Virus genome (UHGV): UHGV-0392850 | From: a virus | Reading direction: 5' to 3' (one strand) | Length of the DNA stretch: 34,823 bases | Program-made: the position numbers and the translations under genes | The notes under the pieces: generated by a model | Told to the model about the DNA's origin: nothing | What the model saw: only the letters and a program-made list of their open reading frames with translations | Database searches by the model: none | Part shown: positions 15,087 through 26,261 of the stretch, one piece after another | How positions within the stretch are numbered: position 1 is the stretch's first letter | Layout of the letters: each line of letters begins with the position of its first letter

Positions 15087-18000
15087 TCAATCATCTGTAA
15101 TCCACGTGAACGTTGCGTGACGTTCTGTCCATACGGCATTCTCCACATAAATCTTGATCCCCCCATCTTTTCCTATGCCGTATCTTCCCGTTCCAAATAT
15201 GTTAGGTCCTACAACTTCACTATAGGGAGCAAAGAAATCCACAACCGGTCGATATCCTACTGGAATTTTCACCTCGTTGAATGGCCCGTATTCGCCACTT
15301 CCTGGAAATTGTGCAAGCATTGTGATCTTGCATGTTACCATAAATCCTCTTCTTTTTAGTTCCACGTGGATGTTATTATTGGAGTTTGCACTTGTATATG
15401 GACCTTTCACGGTGCCGGAATCGTAATTGCGATACGCATATATGCTTATACGTGGGGATACAGAATTTCTTGCATATATCATTTCATCCTCAAACTGGAT
15501 TGTCGTTGCTTTTCTTGTATTTTCATTTGTAAACATGATGTTTTGCAAGTTCACGCTCATAGTAGCTCGATCTGTTGTCGGAGCCTTACCGGAGAAAGCC
15601 AAATACGCATTACTCAATGACGCAACATTTTCCACTGCTCCTTGCACGATTTCCTTGCTAATAATCTTTCCGGATGTAACATCGATAAGCATTGTTCCAT
15701 TCTTATCCTTAATAAGTCCGGCAGTTACAGTTCCAAGATCTGCCGCTATCGCACTTAAAGTCTGTGCGTTTAAGTTATCAACAGAAATATAATGGATCAC
15801 CCACCTACTTCCATCCCACCGCTTGATCGGCTGACCGGATGCTGTCTGCCATAACTGGCCAGCTTTAGGATTTGACGGAGCCGTAGAAGATACAATTATG
15901 CCACTTGGTCCTGTTGCTCCTGTAGCACCGGTCGCTCCCTTATCACCATATACTCCGATGATACATGGTGCTGATTGATACGTGCTACCATTTGTATAGG
16001 TAACAACTTCATAATTCCACAGATATTTTTTTGACGCCGTTATTGCTTGTACAGTTGTAGTCCATCCTGATGTGGACGCCGACACACCGCTTCCGCTTGC
16101 CGTTGCAAGATAATAATTCGTGATAGACTTTATTCCGTTTCCAGTTACCCCTTGTGGTCCCGTTGCGCCAGTTGCCCCTTGCGGTCCTTTCGGGCCAGTC
16201 GCTCCTTGTGGCCCCTGGGGACCTGTTGCACCTGCATTTCCTTGAGGTCCTTGCGGACCAGTAGCTCCTGTTGTTCCTTTGTCTCCGTATATCCCGATTA
16301 TTTTTGGCGTAGTGGTCGCTGTGGTATTATCTGTAAACGTAAATTTTTCATAGTTCCACAAGTATTTATTTGTTGCTGTCATCGTCGGAACTGATGTACT
16401 CCAACCGCTTGACGCTGTTGTAATTCCTGTTTTTGCGGAAGAAATCAAATAATATTCTGTAATGGTTTTTATCCCTCTTCCTGATGTCCCCGCCGGCCCT
16501 TGTGGTCCCGTTGCTCCTTGTGGTCCTGTAGCACCTTGTTCTCCTTTAATCTTCGCCCACTTATAAGATCCAACACTTGCAGGATCGGACTGATTGTAAT
16601 CCACACAAGTACCGATATGCGTTCCCACATCTTCTCCGCTGTTTCCGGTAAACGTTTTTCCTCCATCATTGGAATATTTAATGTGCAGATAACTTGTCTT
16701 GCCGTTTGTGCCGTTTGTTCCCGGAATTCCCTGCGTTCCCTGGGGACCCTGGGCTCCTTGGAAACGTGACCAGGTATATTTCTTTGGATCCGTGCTATCT
16801 TCCCGTGTGAAGTCTACGTAAGTACCAATATATGTGTTAGGTATCTCTGTCATCTGGTTAGAGGTGGTTGGATTCGATACTGCGGAATACTTGATGTGAA
16901 AATAGGTGCTCTTCCCTTTAATATTGGTTCCGCTTGGTACAGGTCTGCTATCTAAGACAGGTGCTGTCTGCTTATAATTTCCATTCTGCCATGTATATCC
17001 TGTTGGCTTAGGCGTCCAGTTGACCACAAAATCAGTCTTTACAAAATATTTACCGCCACCTCTTAAATATAATACAGGGATTGATCCATAAGTCAGTTGT
17101 GTATAGCTGGCAGGCGACACTGAACAGAATGAATACGTGTCTGCATAAATAATACATTCGCCAGAAGTAGTTCCCCACCCAGATCCAATGGAAGCCAGAT
17201 CTAAATTCACCGAGAATCCGCTAACATGTGTACTCCAGGATGGTTTTGTTCCACTATTTAAAGACACATTAACCAAAATACGATTATAAACACTCGTTGG
17301 AAGCTGACTCCCCACAACGGGATACCATTTATTTACATCGTAAGTTTTAGTATCAGATAAGTCTATCGTTGCTGATGATCTCCAGTAGTTTACACCTGCA
17401 GCTCCAGTATCTCCTTTGGGACCCTGTATCCCTTGTTCACCTTTGGGACCTTGCACTCCTTGCAGACCGGGAACTCCCTGCGGACCTTGTTCCCCCTGTT
17501 CGCCTTTTATTTTTGTCCATGCGTATTTCGTCGGGTCTGTAGAATCCTCTTGCGTAAAATCTGTATACTGTCCAATATAAAACTTCCCAGTGCTGTTCGA
17601 AACATCAAACCCTGTCTTTCCATCAGCACTGTTTGCATAGGCGATATGTAAATAACTTGTTTTCCCATCTGCACCATTCTTACCAGCAATTCCCTGATCT
17701 CCTTTTACGCCTTGCGATCCTTTAAACTGCGACCAGGTATATCTTGCAGGATCTGTAGAATCTTCCTGTACAAAGTCCACATAAGTTCCAATATAAGCAG
17801 ACGGCGTCTCTGTCATCTGACTGAACGTTGTCGGCTTTGCCACAGAAGAATACTTGATGTGGAAATAACTGGTCTTTCCATTCGCACCAGCTGTTCCAGG
17901 AATCCCCTGTTCTCCTTTTTCTCCTTGCAATCCTTGTAGCCCACGTTCCCCCTGTTCGCCTTTTATTTTTGTCCATGTATACTTCGTAGCATCTGTACTA

Positions 18001-19910
18001 TCTGCCTGTGTATAATCTGTATACTGCCCGATATAGAGCTTATTTGTACCATCCGTGGTGGAAAATCCTGTCTTTCCATCAGCACTGTTTGCATAGGCGA
18101 TATGTAAATACGGGGTCTTTCCATCAGCTCCCGGCTTTCCGGGTGTTCCGTTTTCCCCGTTTGCGCCTTTGATCTTGCTCCATGCGTATTTTGTTGGGTC
18201 TGTGCTGTCGTTCGGAATAAAATCGACATACATTCCGATATATTCCCTATTACTGTCGGACACGGAAAAATCTGTCCTACCGTCTGCGCTGTTCGCATAG
18301 GCGATGTGGGTGTACTGTGTTTTTCCGTCCCTCCCATCTTTTCCCGGGATTCCTTGATCCCCCTTTGGACCCTGTATACCATCCAATCCCGGAGCGCCTT
18401 GTGGACCCGGAGGTCCCTGTTCGCCTTGCTCTCCTTTCTCACCTTGCGGACCCTGTTCCCCGTCTTTTCCGTCCTCTCCATCCATTAAATCTGCAATCGT
18501 AACCTCGTAATACCCACGTTTTATCCCATTTTCCATAACCTCAAACGAGTACACCGCCTTTGTATCCACGTCAGTAGCATTTACCGTAACACTCTTACCA
18601 ACATAAAACTCTGTGCCATCTTTGCTCCACCGGAATTGTAGCTTGTCTGCCACGTCCACGCCGTTATCGTAAGCGTAAGCTGTCAGAGTAGTGCTACCAA
18701 TGCCATTTTTAAAGATGATGCCATTGTTGGTGGAGATGGAACAAGTGTAGACCTTATTTTTGTTGATAAGATCTTCCATCCTCTGCAACAAGCTATCCGA
18801 AATTTCGGATGTAAGCTCTTTGTAGTTTGTAAATACCGTCTTTGCAGTTTTTGGATTGGTAAGACTGCGCACCTGTTCGGACACTCTTGCCTGTAGATAA
18901 AGGACTGGTGTCCACTCCTGATCCTGCATCCTCACGGTGTCCCCGATGTTGGTGTCAAAATATCCGTCCACCTCGTAAGTCACCACCGGTTCAGATGCTG
19001 TTTTAAGATCAGACAGAGCCATGCTATAGAGCTTGTCCTTGCTGTCTGTATCATACTCTTTCCGCATCAGGATATAAGCATCCTCTTTATTCACGATATT
19101 GGACGGAAACCGGTCTCTTGCCTGTGGTGCGCGGATGATCGCACCATCCGTAAAGTATTCCAAACGTCCGTTTTCATCGTATTCTTTCTTGTCAAGACCA
19201 TTGATTGTCAGACCGTCCTTTCCGGTCGGCTGGATGCATGTATATAACTTTTCTGCATCCGTGGTCTTACGGATTCCGGTAATTCCTTTCCCGTACCGCA
19301 GTACAATGTCATTCCGGTATTCTCCGACTCCGCTGTCTGTATCGGAGTGTTTCCGATATACATTTAGGACAATCTCTTTTAAAGAGTAGTCTCTGTTCAA
19401 TACTGTCTCAAATTCGATCTCCGCAGAAAAGACATTAGCCAGGGAGAATAATCTCTTTAATACGGACGTTGTACCTGTCCATTCGTTGGTGATTCGCTTG
19501 TCTGATACCTCATTGAGCCCCAGTTTTAGTGTTCTCTCAGCATCAAAAACGGCAAGGTACTCCTCAAAGCTCATTGCTTTTCCGGCTTTGTACTCTCCGG
19601 CATCCTCGTTGATTAGCTCAAAAGATAACGACCACGCCGTAGCTGTGATCGTCTCCTCTGTCTGCTCAGTGTTTACGATGTTTAGATAGTAGGATTTCCC
19701 TTTGTGTATAAACGCCACCTTATTCCCGGCGGTAACATTCTCTGCATCCTGATGCTTTGCGGACACCGTAAAGGTGTAAGTATTCGCTGTACCCTGCAAG
19801 TATTCGTGCAGATCATCATTCCAGTAATGCATGGACTTTTTATGCCCGTTGTCCATGTATGCTACTGGCGTGTTATTTGTGCTTAGAATCGCAATTCTGA
19901 TGTTATCCAT
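15087..19910 (-). CDS. tail tip/tail fibre fusion protein (Tal-like N-terminal domain, collagen-like Gly-X-Y tracts, tandem modules, C-terminal receptor-binding region)
   Basis: 1607 aa, immediately after Dit. GxxGxxG runs ([31 protein letters not shown]...) alternate with six copies of a ~60-aa module (Y.HI.Y...G...YIG.Y.D....DSTDP..Y.W...KG) and two copies of a ~70-aa GIK.IT.YYL...GW...KYLWNYE module. Confidence 0.7.
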   Translation of the reverse strand: MDNIRIAILSTNNTPVAYMDNGHKKSMHYWNDDLHEYLQGTANTYTFTVSAKHQDAENVTAGNKVAFIHKGKSYYLNIVNTEQTEETITATAWSLSFELINEDAGEYKAGKAMSFEEYLAVFDAERTLKLGLNEVSDKRITNEWTGTTSVLKRLFSLANVFSAEIEFETVLNRDYSLKEIVLNVYRKHSDTDSGVGEYRNDIVLRYGKGITGIRKTTDAEKLYTCIQPTGKDGLTINGLDKKEYDENGRLEYFTDGAIIRAPQARDRFPSNIVNKEDAYILMRKEYDTDSKDKLYSMALSDLKTASEPVVTYEVDGYFDTNIGDTVRMQDQEWTPVLYLQARVSEQVRSLTNPKTAKTVFTNYKELTSEISDSLLQRMEDLINKNKVYTCSISTNNGIIFKNGIGSTTLTAYAYDNGVDVADKLQFRWSKDGTEFYVGKSVTVNATDVDTKAVYSFEVMENGIKRGYYEVTIADLMDGEDGKDGEQGPQGEKGEQGEQGPPGPQGAPGLDGIQGPKGDQGIPGKDGRDGKTQYTHIAYANSADGRTDFSVSDSNREYIGMYVDFIPNDSTDPTKYAWSKIKGANGENGTPGKPGADGKTPYLHIAYANSADGKTGFSTTDGTNKLYIGQYTDYTQADSTDATKYTWTKIKGEQGERGLQGLQGEKGEQGIPGTAGANGKTSYFHIKYSSVAKPTTFSQMTETPSAYIGTYVDFVQEDSTDPARYTWSQFKGSQGVKGDQGIAGKNGADGKTSYLHIAYANSADGKTGFDVSNSTGKFYIGQYTDFTQEDSTDPTKYAWTKIKGEQGEQGPQGVPGLQGVQGPKGEQGIQGPKGDTGAAGVNYWRSSATIDLSDTKTYDVNKWYPVVGSQLPTSVYNRILVNVSLNSGTKPSWSTHVSGFSVNLDLASIGSGWGTTSGECIIYADTYSFCSVSPASYTQLTYGSIPVLYLRGGGKYFVKTDFVVNWTPKPTGYTWQNGNYKQTAPVLDSRPVPSGTNIKGKSTYFHIKYSAVSNPTTSNQMTEIPNTYIGTYVDFTREDSTDPKKYTWSRFQGAQGPQGTQGIPGTNGTNGKTSYLHIKYSNDGGKTFTGNSGEDVGTHIGTCVDYNQSDPASVGSYKWAKIKGEQGATGPQGATGPQGPAGTSGRGIKTITEYYLISSAKTGITTASSGWSTSVPTMTATNKYLWNYEKFTFTDNTTATTTPKIIGIYGDKGTTGATGPQGPQGNAGATGPQGPQGATGPKGPQGATGATGPQGVTGNGIKSITNYYLATASGSGVSASTSGWTTTVQAITASKKYLWNYEVVTYTNGSTYQSAPCIIGVYGDKGATGATGATGPSGIIVSSTAPSNPKAGQLWQTASGQPIKRWDGSRWVIHYISVDNLNAQTLSAIAADLGTVTAGLIKDKNGTMLIDVTSGKIISKEIVQGAVENVASLSNAYLAFSGKAPTTDRATMSVNLQNIMFTNENTRKATTIQFEDEMIYARNSVSPRISIYAYRNYDSGTVKGPYTSANSNNNIHVELKRRGFMVTCKITMLAQFPGSGEYGPFNEVKIPVGYRPVVDFFAPYSEVVGPNIFGTGRYGIGKDGGIKIYVENAVWTERHATFTWITDD
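15900..18480 (-). repeat. collagen-triplet plus tandem-module repeat region inside the tail fibre gene (approximate bounds)
   Basis: Repeated GGNCCNNNNGGNCC-type nucleotide periodicity on the plus strand corresponds to Gly-X-Y coding on the minus strand. The modules recur about every 270-300 nt. Confidence 0.6.
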
Positions 19911-21382
19911 TACAAATATACCTCCCGTATTTTTGCTTTAATATGCGGCGGTGGAGATGAAAAGGAAGAATAGCAGAACTGGACTTCCGTTGTCCCCGGT
20001 GGAACTTTTGGATAATTGGATCCATTAATCTCATCTCCCTTAGCCACCATCCCATTAACGTAGACCTTCGTACTCTCCCCGTCTATAGACACCACATCTC
20101 CGGCACGGTACCGGTTCGGCACATCTCGGTATTTTTCCACGTTATCCTTACGGAACCAGATACTTTTTAAATAATTGTGCGTAACCAGCTGATTTCCAAG
20201 ATCTCTACTTCCCCACTGCCCGATCCAGACCTGTATCTTCTCACACACCATGTCTTTAATCTCCGGGATAGTAAAGTGGTAATACTTCCCGTACCAGAAA
20301 ATACGCAACTTGTCACCCTCTTTTAAAAAGTCATTGTGTCCGCCGCCCATTTTTAAATTAAACGGGTTATCCTCGTAGGATGTCGGCTGGAAATCCAGTG
20401 TCTTAATTTTCTTGTTTTGAGGGGCAAACCAGTCCACATGCGCCGTATTACCAACCGTATCACTCTTGTTAATAGACATGGCACATATCACCTTGTTATC
20501 TCCAGTCAGGAATGCAATGGTCTGCGCTCCCGTCTGTCCCATCAAACCTGTCTCGAACCAGTGCTGGGTATAACAATAAAAATTCTTCGCACCACGTCTT
20601 CCCTCGCTGTCCACCGGGATAGTAAGTGTTTTCATTCCACCGTTCCAGTATCCGGATGTTGCTTGTCCACCTTTTAATGCCATCACGTTATATCCGGCAA
20701 CATTCCGTACTTCCAACGTTCCTTGCGTTGTGTTTTCCGGATTCTGATAAGAGGTGCCATGATCATCTTGAAACAAGCCGTAACCGTTAAACAGTTCTTC
20801 GGACGCTTCGTAGTTCTCTCCGTCCGCCTCTTCCTGTTTTCCGAGCTGGATCACTCCATACTGGCTCACAAGTCCGATAAATCCGTTTTCGTGCTGGTGC
20901 GTGATCTCGTAGTCCACGTCTGCCCATTCGGTGCCGTTGTTTTGGATGGTAATGGTCTGGTAGCCGTCTTGCTGTACACCGTCAAATTCAAATTCGCCGA
21001 CAGAGTACGCTACCCCATCCGGGATAAGCCAAGTGATTGTGCCTTTCCCAAAAATCGCAACCTGTGTCACATCAAGGTTTCCGTCCGGTATCGCATAAAA
21101 GTAGCGATCTGGATAATTCCCAAAAACAAGTTTTTTCGGCTCTGTGACGTTTAGGATTTTCTGAATCGCGTCATAGCTTGCTAAGATGTCTCCTTTAATT
21201 TCAAATGGCATTTCAAGCGTCTTTGATTTATATGTTGTATAGCCAAAATCCTCTCCTTTTGCACTTTCTGCTCCGTCAAGAAGTCCTGACTCTCTATTTA
21301 CTCCACTAAACGGAGAGAACCCGGACAATACACTTAAGTATCGCCCGAGTTCCTGATCGTCAAATTTTACTGATAGGCTCAA
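19910..21382 (-). CDS. distal tail protein (Dit-like) with extended C-terminal region
   Basis: 490 aa, between TMP and the Tal/fibre. ATGA overlap with TMP and TAATG overlap with the fibre gene. Synteny-based call. Confidence 0.5.
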   Translation of the reverse strand: MSLSVKFDDQELGRYLSVLSGFSPFSGVNRESGLLDGAESAKGEDFGYTTYKSKTLEMPFEIKGDILASYDAIQKILNVTEPKKLVFGNYPDRYFYAIPDGNLDVTQVAIFGKGTITWLIPDGVAYSVGEFEFDGVQQDGYQTITIQNNGTEWADVDYEITHQHENGFIGLVSQYGVIQLGKQEEADGENYEASEELFNGYGLFQDDHGTSYQNPENTTQGTLEVRNVAGYNVMALKGGQATSGYWNGGMKTLTIPVDSEGRRGAKNFYCYTQHWFETGLMGQTGAQTIAFLTGDNKVICAMSINKSDTVGNTAHVDWFAPQNKKIKTLDFQPTSYEDNPFNLKMGGGHNDFLKEGDKLRIFWYGKYYHFTIPEIKDMVCEKIQVWIGQWGSRDLGNQLVTHNYLKSIWFRKDNVEKYRDVPNRYRAGDVVSIDGESTKVYVNGMVAKGDEINGSNYPKVPPGTTEVQFCYSSFSSPPPHIKAKIREVYL

Positions 21383-23709
21383 TTTCTATCCCCTCCTAAC
21401 ATCTTCCGAAAACTTGAATTCTTTTCTATTTGTTTTTCCATTGGTGTTGCAAGTACTCTGGATGTCTCTACAGAGTCAATTTTATTAACAATCTCTAGTG
21501 GTCTGTTGGCAAGTCTGGATAGACGATCTACTGCGTAGAGTAGCTCGTTGTTATTTTCAGACTTCCGGATTCCAACGCTTTTCTGGTAAGTTTGACTTCC
21601 AGCACTTTCCGGCACTGATAACGTTATACCGCTCACAGATGCAGACAACTGAGACACCACCTTACCGGATACTTTTTTCATCTCTTTGTACGGCATGTAC
21701 TCTTCGTATCCGGCACCGACTCCCATCGCAAGGTACTTACCAACCTGATCTCGCATAACTCTGGACGGGGAATGAATGCCAAAGAAATCCTTAATGGATG
21801 AAACTACACTGCTTGCAAAACCTCCAATTTTGTCAATAATCCATCCTGTCATGTTCGAAATACCATTCCACAATCCCTGGACGATATTGCTTCCGATAGA
21901 AGCCATCTGTCCCGGAATAGAAGAGATCGTGCTTACAATGGCGTTTACAATGTTTGAAGCTGCACCTTTAAGAGAACCTACAGCTGACGATATAACATTT
22001 CCAAGTCCCGACATTGCAGTTCTTCCTATGTTCATCAATGTATTTGGTAAATTCTGTACAGAAGTCTTAATTCCTTCCAATATACTTTCCCCGCATTGCT
22101 TCACGAATCCGACCATAGACTTAATTCCATTTCCCAGTGCGGTTATAATGGTTTTACCAAGGTTCAGCCACTGGAATGCCATCAGTGTGTCAACAATAGC
22201 TGCTATAATCTGCGGAATGTTTGCAATCAGAGTTGGTATTGCCTGGATAAGTCCGAGTGCCAACTGTCCAAGTAATTCCGCGCCCTTCATAAGAATTGTT
22301 GGAAAATTGTCGTTAATAATGTTTGCAAATGTAGAAATAATCTCTGGGACTCGCTCAATCAATATCGGTATTGCGGTTACGATTCCCTCGACCAATTTCT
22401 GTAGCAACTCAAAACCTTTTTGAATCATTACAGGTGCAGCTTCTGCAAGTTTTTCTCCGATGCCCTGTATAAAATCAAGCACTTTCGGCAACGCTTCTGG
22501 AATTGCCTTTACAAATCCGTCAATCAGATTGCTTAACAATTCATAGCCTTGCTGCAGCAGACTTGGCCCCTGCGATGTTATCTGCTCGTATAGAGTTGTA
22601 ATAAGCTGAGTTATAAGCAAGCCGACAGACGGCAATACCTGCATCATACCGCTTATTATTGCCTGTATGATCTGGATCCCAGACGACAACAGTTGCGGTA
22701 TACTTGTGCTGATATTTTCTGCAAACGAACTTATAATCTGTGCTGATGCAGTCACAATTCCGGGCAATGCTTGTATAATTCCCGTTGTTATGTTGGAAAT
22801 GACTTGTCCACCTATCTGCATCATTTCTCCGAGTTTTCCGGAGTTAAGTGACTGCGAAAGACTTTCCATCAACAGGTTTCCGACTTCTGGGAGTTCTTTT
22901 GCAAGTCTTGGGACGATCTGCATCAAATTATTTGTTATATTTTCAGCTGCGGACTTTACAGCATCTGCCAACTCCTGAGGTGAACTTGAACCATTCAAAA
23001 AGTTATCAAACGCCGCTTTTGCGGATTGCACAGAACCCTCTATGGTAGTCAATGCTTCTTCGCTTGTCGTTCCGGCAATACCCATATTTTCTTGAATCTT
23101 GTGGATTGCCTGAATGATCTGGTCGAACGACACATTGTCAAGATTCTCTATTTTTTCGTTGAGAATGCCGCTGTCGTTAATCAAGCGGATCATTTCAGTC
23201 TGCGTTCCACCATATCCAAGTTTCAGGTTATCCAACATTGTGTAGTTCTGCTTCGCAAATCCCTGATAAGCGTTTTGGATATCCGTCATGTTGGAACCAA
23301 ATTTATTTGCATTGTCTGACATGTCTACCATTGCCATGTCTGCTATTCTGGCGGCTTCTGCGGTATTGTTTCCGAGTCCCTGTAAAAGTGATGCAGAAAA
23401 GCTTGTTACAGTCTCCATGTACTTATTTGCAGATACGCCAGCTGTCTTATACGCATTGTTCGCATTATCGATCACTGTCTGCGCACTATCTTTAAACAGC
23501 GTCTCGACACCGCCTATGTTCTGCTCAAGACTCGCAACGGAATCAAGAGACATTTTTGACACCGCTCCAAATGCTGCAGCAACGCCAGCTACTGATCCGG
23601 CAATCACTTTTAATCCTCCGCTTGCAACGCTGCCAAGTTTGGAAATTCCTGAATTGAATCCGGATTCGTTTATTTCTGTGTTAAATTTTAATGAGCCATC
23701 ATAACCCAT
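21379..23709 (-). CDS. tail tape measure protein
   Basis: 776 aa of low-complexity helical repeats (IPQLLSSGIQIIQAIISG...). The conserved TMP motif FFGIHSPSRV is present. Position after the chaperone genes fits. Confidence 0.85.
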   Translation of the reverse strand: MGYDGSLKFNTEINESGFNSGISKLGSVASGGLKVIAGSVAGVAAAFGAVSKMSLDSVASLEQNIGGVETLFKDSAQTVIDNANNAYKTAGVSANKYMETVTSFSASLLQGLGNNTAEAARIADMAMVDMSDNANKFGSNMTDIQNAYQGFAKQNYTMLDNLKLGYGGTQTEMIRLINDSGILNEKIENLDNVSFDQIIQAIHKIQENMGIAGTTSEEALTTIEGSVQSAKAAFDNFLNGSSSPQELADAVKSAAENITNNLMQIVPRLAKELPEVGNLLMESLSQSLNSGKLGEMMQIGGQVISNITTGIIQALPGIVTASAQIISSFAENISTSIPQLLSSGIQIIQAIISGMMQVLPSVGLLITQLITTLYEQITSQGPSLLQQGYELLSNLIDGFVKAIPEALPKVLDFIQGIGEKLAEAAPVMIQKGFELLQKLVEGIVTAIPILIERVPEIISTFANIINDNFPTILMKGAELLGQLALGLIQAIPTLIANIPQIIAAIVDTLMAFQWLNLGKTIITALGNGIKSMVGFVKQCGESILEGIKTSVQNLPNTLMNIGRTAMSGLGNVISSAVGSLKGAASNIVNAIVSTISSIPGQMASIGSNIVQGLWNGISNMTGWIIDKIGGFASSVVSSIKDFFGIHSPSRVMRDQVGKYLAMGVGAGYEEYMPYKEMKKVSGKVVSQLSASVSGITLSVPESAGSQTYQKSVGIRKSENNNELLYAVDRLSRLANRPLEIVNKIDSVETSRVLATPMEKQIEKNSSFRKMLGGDRN

Positions 23710-23760
23710 ACTATCCCTCCTTTATGGATAGCACAGGCTCAATGGCTCAATTTAAAGTGC

Positions 23761-23916
23761 TTAAATCTTAATCTCTACTTCTTTTTTGCACGTCCGGCAC
23801 TTGATAAATGCATTGGTGCAAACGGAATTGTTGTTATAAATCAATAGCTTGCACCCGCAAAAAGGACACTTATACCACTTTCTCTCAAGTGATGGTTTTT
23901 TAATTTTACAACTCAT
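23761..23916 (-). CDS. small Cys4 zinc-ribbon protein (51 aa) in the chaperone-TMP gap; not in the ORF track
   Basis: Translation MSCKIKKPSLERKWYKCPFCGCKLLIYNNNSVCTNAFIKCRTCKKEVEIKI*. A GAGGTGA RBS lies 5 nt before the ATG at 23914-23916. Confidence 0.4.
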   Translation of the reverse strand: MSCKIKKPSLERKWYKCPFCGCKLLIYNNNSVCTNAFIKCRTCKKEVEIKI

Positions 23917-23924
23917 CTGTCACC

Positions 23925-24509
23925 TCACATAAAAGCATTTCCGATATCATAATCCGTCAGGCTCTCAGATGGCAATTGAATTGATTTCTGGATCTTTTTA
24001 ATTCGTTTTTTCTCTTCTTTGTCTTTAATTTCCGATAAATCAACACTGCGGTACATTATTCGCTGTTTAATCTCTGTATCGTCAGACAAACCATCAAAAA
24101 GCATCCGGAATTTCCACCAATGCATATATTTAATGTCGATTAAATCAATTCCATAATCTCTGAGAAAGCCGGATAATATATATGGATAATCAATGGAGTA
24201 CGAGAATAAATTTTTCTTCGGCTTTTCTTGCAACTTTTCTTGCGGTTCTTCACAATCACCTGTCTCCGCAACCTTTGCACAGTTTGTATCCATCGTTATA
24301 AAGTGGGACAATGCGCTTATAGCTTCTTCATCTGCAACTACATCATCAATAAAATACTGCTGTATGATCGCGAATTTTTGGAGAGCATCAAGCTCTTGGT
24401 CTTTCAACATGTCCAAAAGCCTGATGTATTCACGGAAATCCGTAATAACCTTGATATTTTCCCCTCTTACATTTACTGTGCTCGGTAACTCTTCATAAAA
24501 AAAGTTCAT
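23925..24509 (-). CDS. tail assembly chaperone (gpT-like position)
   Basis: 194 aa, between the major tail protein and TMP. Its start overlaps the upstream stop as TAATG. Confidence 0.5.
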   Translation of the reverse strand: MNFFYEELPSTVNVRGENIKVITDFREYIRLLDMLKDQELDALQKFAIIQQYFIDDVVADEEAISALSHFITMDTNCAKVAETGDCEEPQEKLQEKPKKNLFSYSIDYPYILSGFLRDYGIDLIDIKYMHWWKFRMLFDGLSDDTEIKQRIMYRSVDLSEIKDKEEKKRIKKIQKSIQLPSESLTDYDIGNAFM

Positions 24510-24874
24510 TATTTCTTCGCCCGTCTCTGTGCTCTATTCGGTGTGTATTTGCTAACAACAGAGTTCCGTCTCTTATTTACGGCATTGATTTCTTTTTCAC
24601 ATACAGCAATGAACGAATCATAGCACTCTTCGCAAACTCTCAAATTCATTTTCCCGTCAAAAAGTTTTTCAGAAGTACCTTCCCCGAAAATTCCGTCAAA
24701 AATATCATAAAACAACAAACAATATTCTCTGGTTATTTCCGATATCTTCCCAGCCTTTTCAAGGTTCTTCTCTCTCGGCTCAATGCTTTCAAATACTTTT
24801 TCGTATCTTTCCAAAAACTCTACGTCATCCATATCTATTTCAAGTTCTACATCGTTCCATTTCCACTGGTTCAT
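24509..24874 (-). CDS. tail assembly chaperone (gpG-like position)
   Basis: 121-aa acidic protein immediately downstream of the major tail gene. Synteny-based call. Confidence 0.5.
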   Translation of the reverse strand: MNQWKWNDVELEIDMDDVEFLERYEKVFESIEPREKNLEKAGKISEITREYCLLFYDIFDGIFGEGTSEKLFDGKMNLRVCEECYDSFIAVCEKEINAVNKRRNSVVSKYTPNRAQRRAKK

Positions 24875-24929
24875 TGGCTCACTCTCCTATTCTTTCTCGT
24901 ATTTTTTACCGCCTTAAAATCGGCGGCAG

Positions 24930-25454
24930 CTACTCCCCCATGTAATCTCCCTTGGCGTAAGTAACTGTCTTGGATGTAATGTCAGTTTCCGTAACGTATC
25001 CTTCCTCAAGATCGGATACAGCTTTCAGCGATCCATTGTAAACCAATGCGTCTGTTCCATCTCCGTCCGAATCCGGGATAACTGCGTAAGTTCTCTTTGT
25101 TGCGTAACACTTGTCACCTTCCGTGTTCTTTTTGTAAAAATCCACCGTGACCACTTCCACATGTGCATCATCCGCAACTTTCTCACCGTCATGGATTTTT
25201 GCAATTCGCTCATGTACAGGATTCCCTGCATACATATCAAAAGAGTACTCTGTAGCCGGAGCATATCCAACTACATCTGATCTCTCGGTGCTTTCATCCA
25301 CGTACTGTCTGGAATACTCTTTCGGGTTTTTCCCGTTTGTCATTGCGGTAAAATTGGTCATTCTTTCAAATTTCGGAGAGCTGCCCGTTGCATCCGTGTT
25401 CATGAATGCCACACGCAAATGTCTGCCTACTAATTTTGGTGCTGTTCCTGACAT
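24930..25454 (-). CDS. major tail protein
   Basis: An AGGAGG RBS precedes the ATG at 25452-25454 (MSGTAPKLVGRHLRVAFMNTDATG...). The track start at 25487 is GTG without a Shine-Dalgarno sequence. 174 aa, upstream of the chaperone pair. Confidence 0.6.
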   Translation of the reverse strand: MSGTAPKLVGRHLRVAFMNTDATGSSPKFERMTNFTAMTNGKNPKEYSRQYVDESTERSDVVGYAPATEYSFDMYAGNPVHERIAKIHDGEKVADDAHVEVVTVDFYKKNTEGDKCYATKRTYAVIPDSDGDGTDALVYNGSLKAVSDLEEGYVTETDITSKTVTYAKGDYMGE

Positions 25455-25456
25455 AC

Positions 25457-25876
25457 TTATACCTCCTGTGTATAAATTAAGCGGCACTCAATACGATACT
25501 TTGCGTTTTCACCGTTCATATCGTACAAGTAACCGCTGTTTAAAGTTTCAATTGATATTGGGTTCTTCTTTTCTCCAAGCTCCGGCAGGTTATTATTGAA
25601 ACTCTGCTGTTCCAACCACTCTTCGAAGCTCTGGAAGAATCCACTGTTTTCAATGTTAATTCGCGCGTCTTGGTCATATTCTTCTTGGCTTGTAAATGCG
25701 AATTGGAACTGCTTCTTTGCCCCACCGTCCATGTATCTCTGCATGATCGGATCGCAAGGGAGAGGGTCAACAGAGTACCCCATATCCGTTCCAATGTAGT
25801 CCACGTTCACACGTCCATCACTTAAAAACGGACATGTGAGAATATATGATCTGACGCTGTCAATGAGATTTGACAT
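25457..25876 (-). CDS. tail terminator-like protein (synteny-based)
   Basis: 139 aa, immediately upstream of the major tail protein. An AAGGAG RBS is present. Confidence 0.35.
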   Translation of the reverse strand: MSNLIDSVRSYILTCPFLSDGRVNVDYIGTDMGYSVDPLPCDPIMQRYMDGGAKKQFQFAFTSQEEYDQDARINIENSGFFQSFEEWLEQQSFNNNLPELGEKKNPISIETLNSGYLYDMNGENAKYRIECRLIYTQEV

Positions 25877-26261
25877 ACTTAGCCGCTCCTTTCAGGATAG
25901 AGTCTTTGTGACGATTTTTCATTCGCTCAAACCATCGTGATTTTTCCTTATGCTCATAATATTGTCTACGTGCATAAGGTGCGATCTGGTTAATTTCTCC
26001 ACTTCCGATCACTGTTCCAAGTGTTGCAGATTTAATTAAAACGCCGGATCTCTTTGGTGTTTCAGGCGCCATTCTTCTTACGCATTCAGAATCAACAAAA
26101 GACTGTGCGTTTGCGAAACCGGATTCCATATTCGGTCTAAAGTTCGGATTCCAGTCGAGTCTCGCTATTGTCCTTCCTTTCAAATTTCCCTTGGAAATCG
26201 TGTAAGTTGATATCTTACCTCTCGGCGTCTCAATCTGGAATTTTTTCTTTCCTCTTGCCAT
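25860..26261 (-). CDS. head-tail joining/tail completion protein (HK97 gp10-like position)
   Basis: 133-aa basic protein with a GGTGGTGGGAG RBS. Synteny-based call. Confidence 0.4.
   Translation of the reverse strand: MARGKKKFQIETPRGKISTYTISKGNLKGRTIARLDWNPNFRPNMESGFANAQSFVDSECVRRMAPETPKRSGVLIKSATLGTVIGSGEINQIAPYARRQYYEHKEKSRWFERMKNRHKDSILKGAAKYVKSH

Noticed and set aside
15087-19910. Diversity-generating retroelement targeting the tail fibre
   Set aside because: No reverse transcriptase ORF (no YxDD-type motif) and no template/variable repeat pair with adenine-specific mismatches could be identified anywhere in the window. The fibre repeats are in-frame tandem modules.
21776-22423. Plus-strand ORFs (e.g. 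215 aa) inside the tape-measure gene, and similar ones inside the fibre gene (15427..15792, 17963..18481)
   Set aside because: Alternative-frame or antisense ORFs are expected in long repetitive or GC-periodic genes. They lack RBSs and have biased, repetitive composition.
24500-24515. Programmed -1 frameshift joining the two tail assembly chaperone genes
   Set aside because: The upstream gene ends in a TAA that overlaps the downstream ATG (TAATG). The only heptameric slippery run (UUUUUUU) lies just inside the downstream gene after that stop. No supported G/GT-type slippery site lies before the stop. A frameshift cannot be excluded, but the sequence does not support one.
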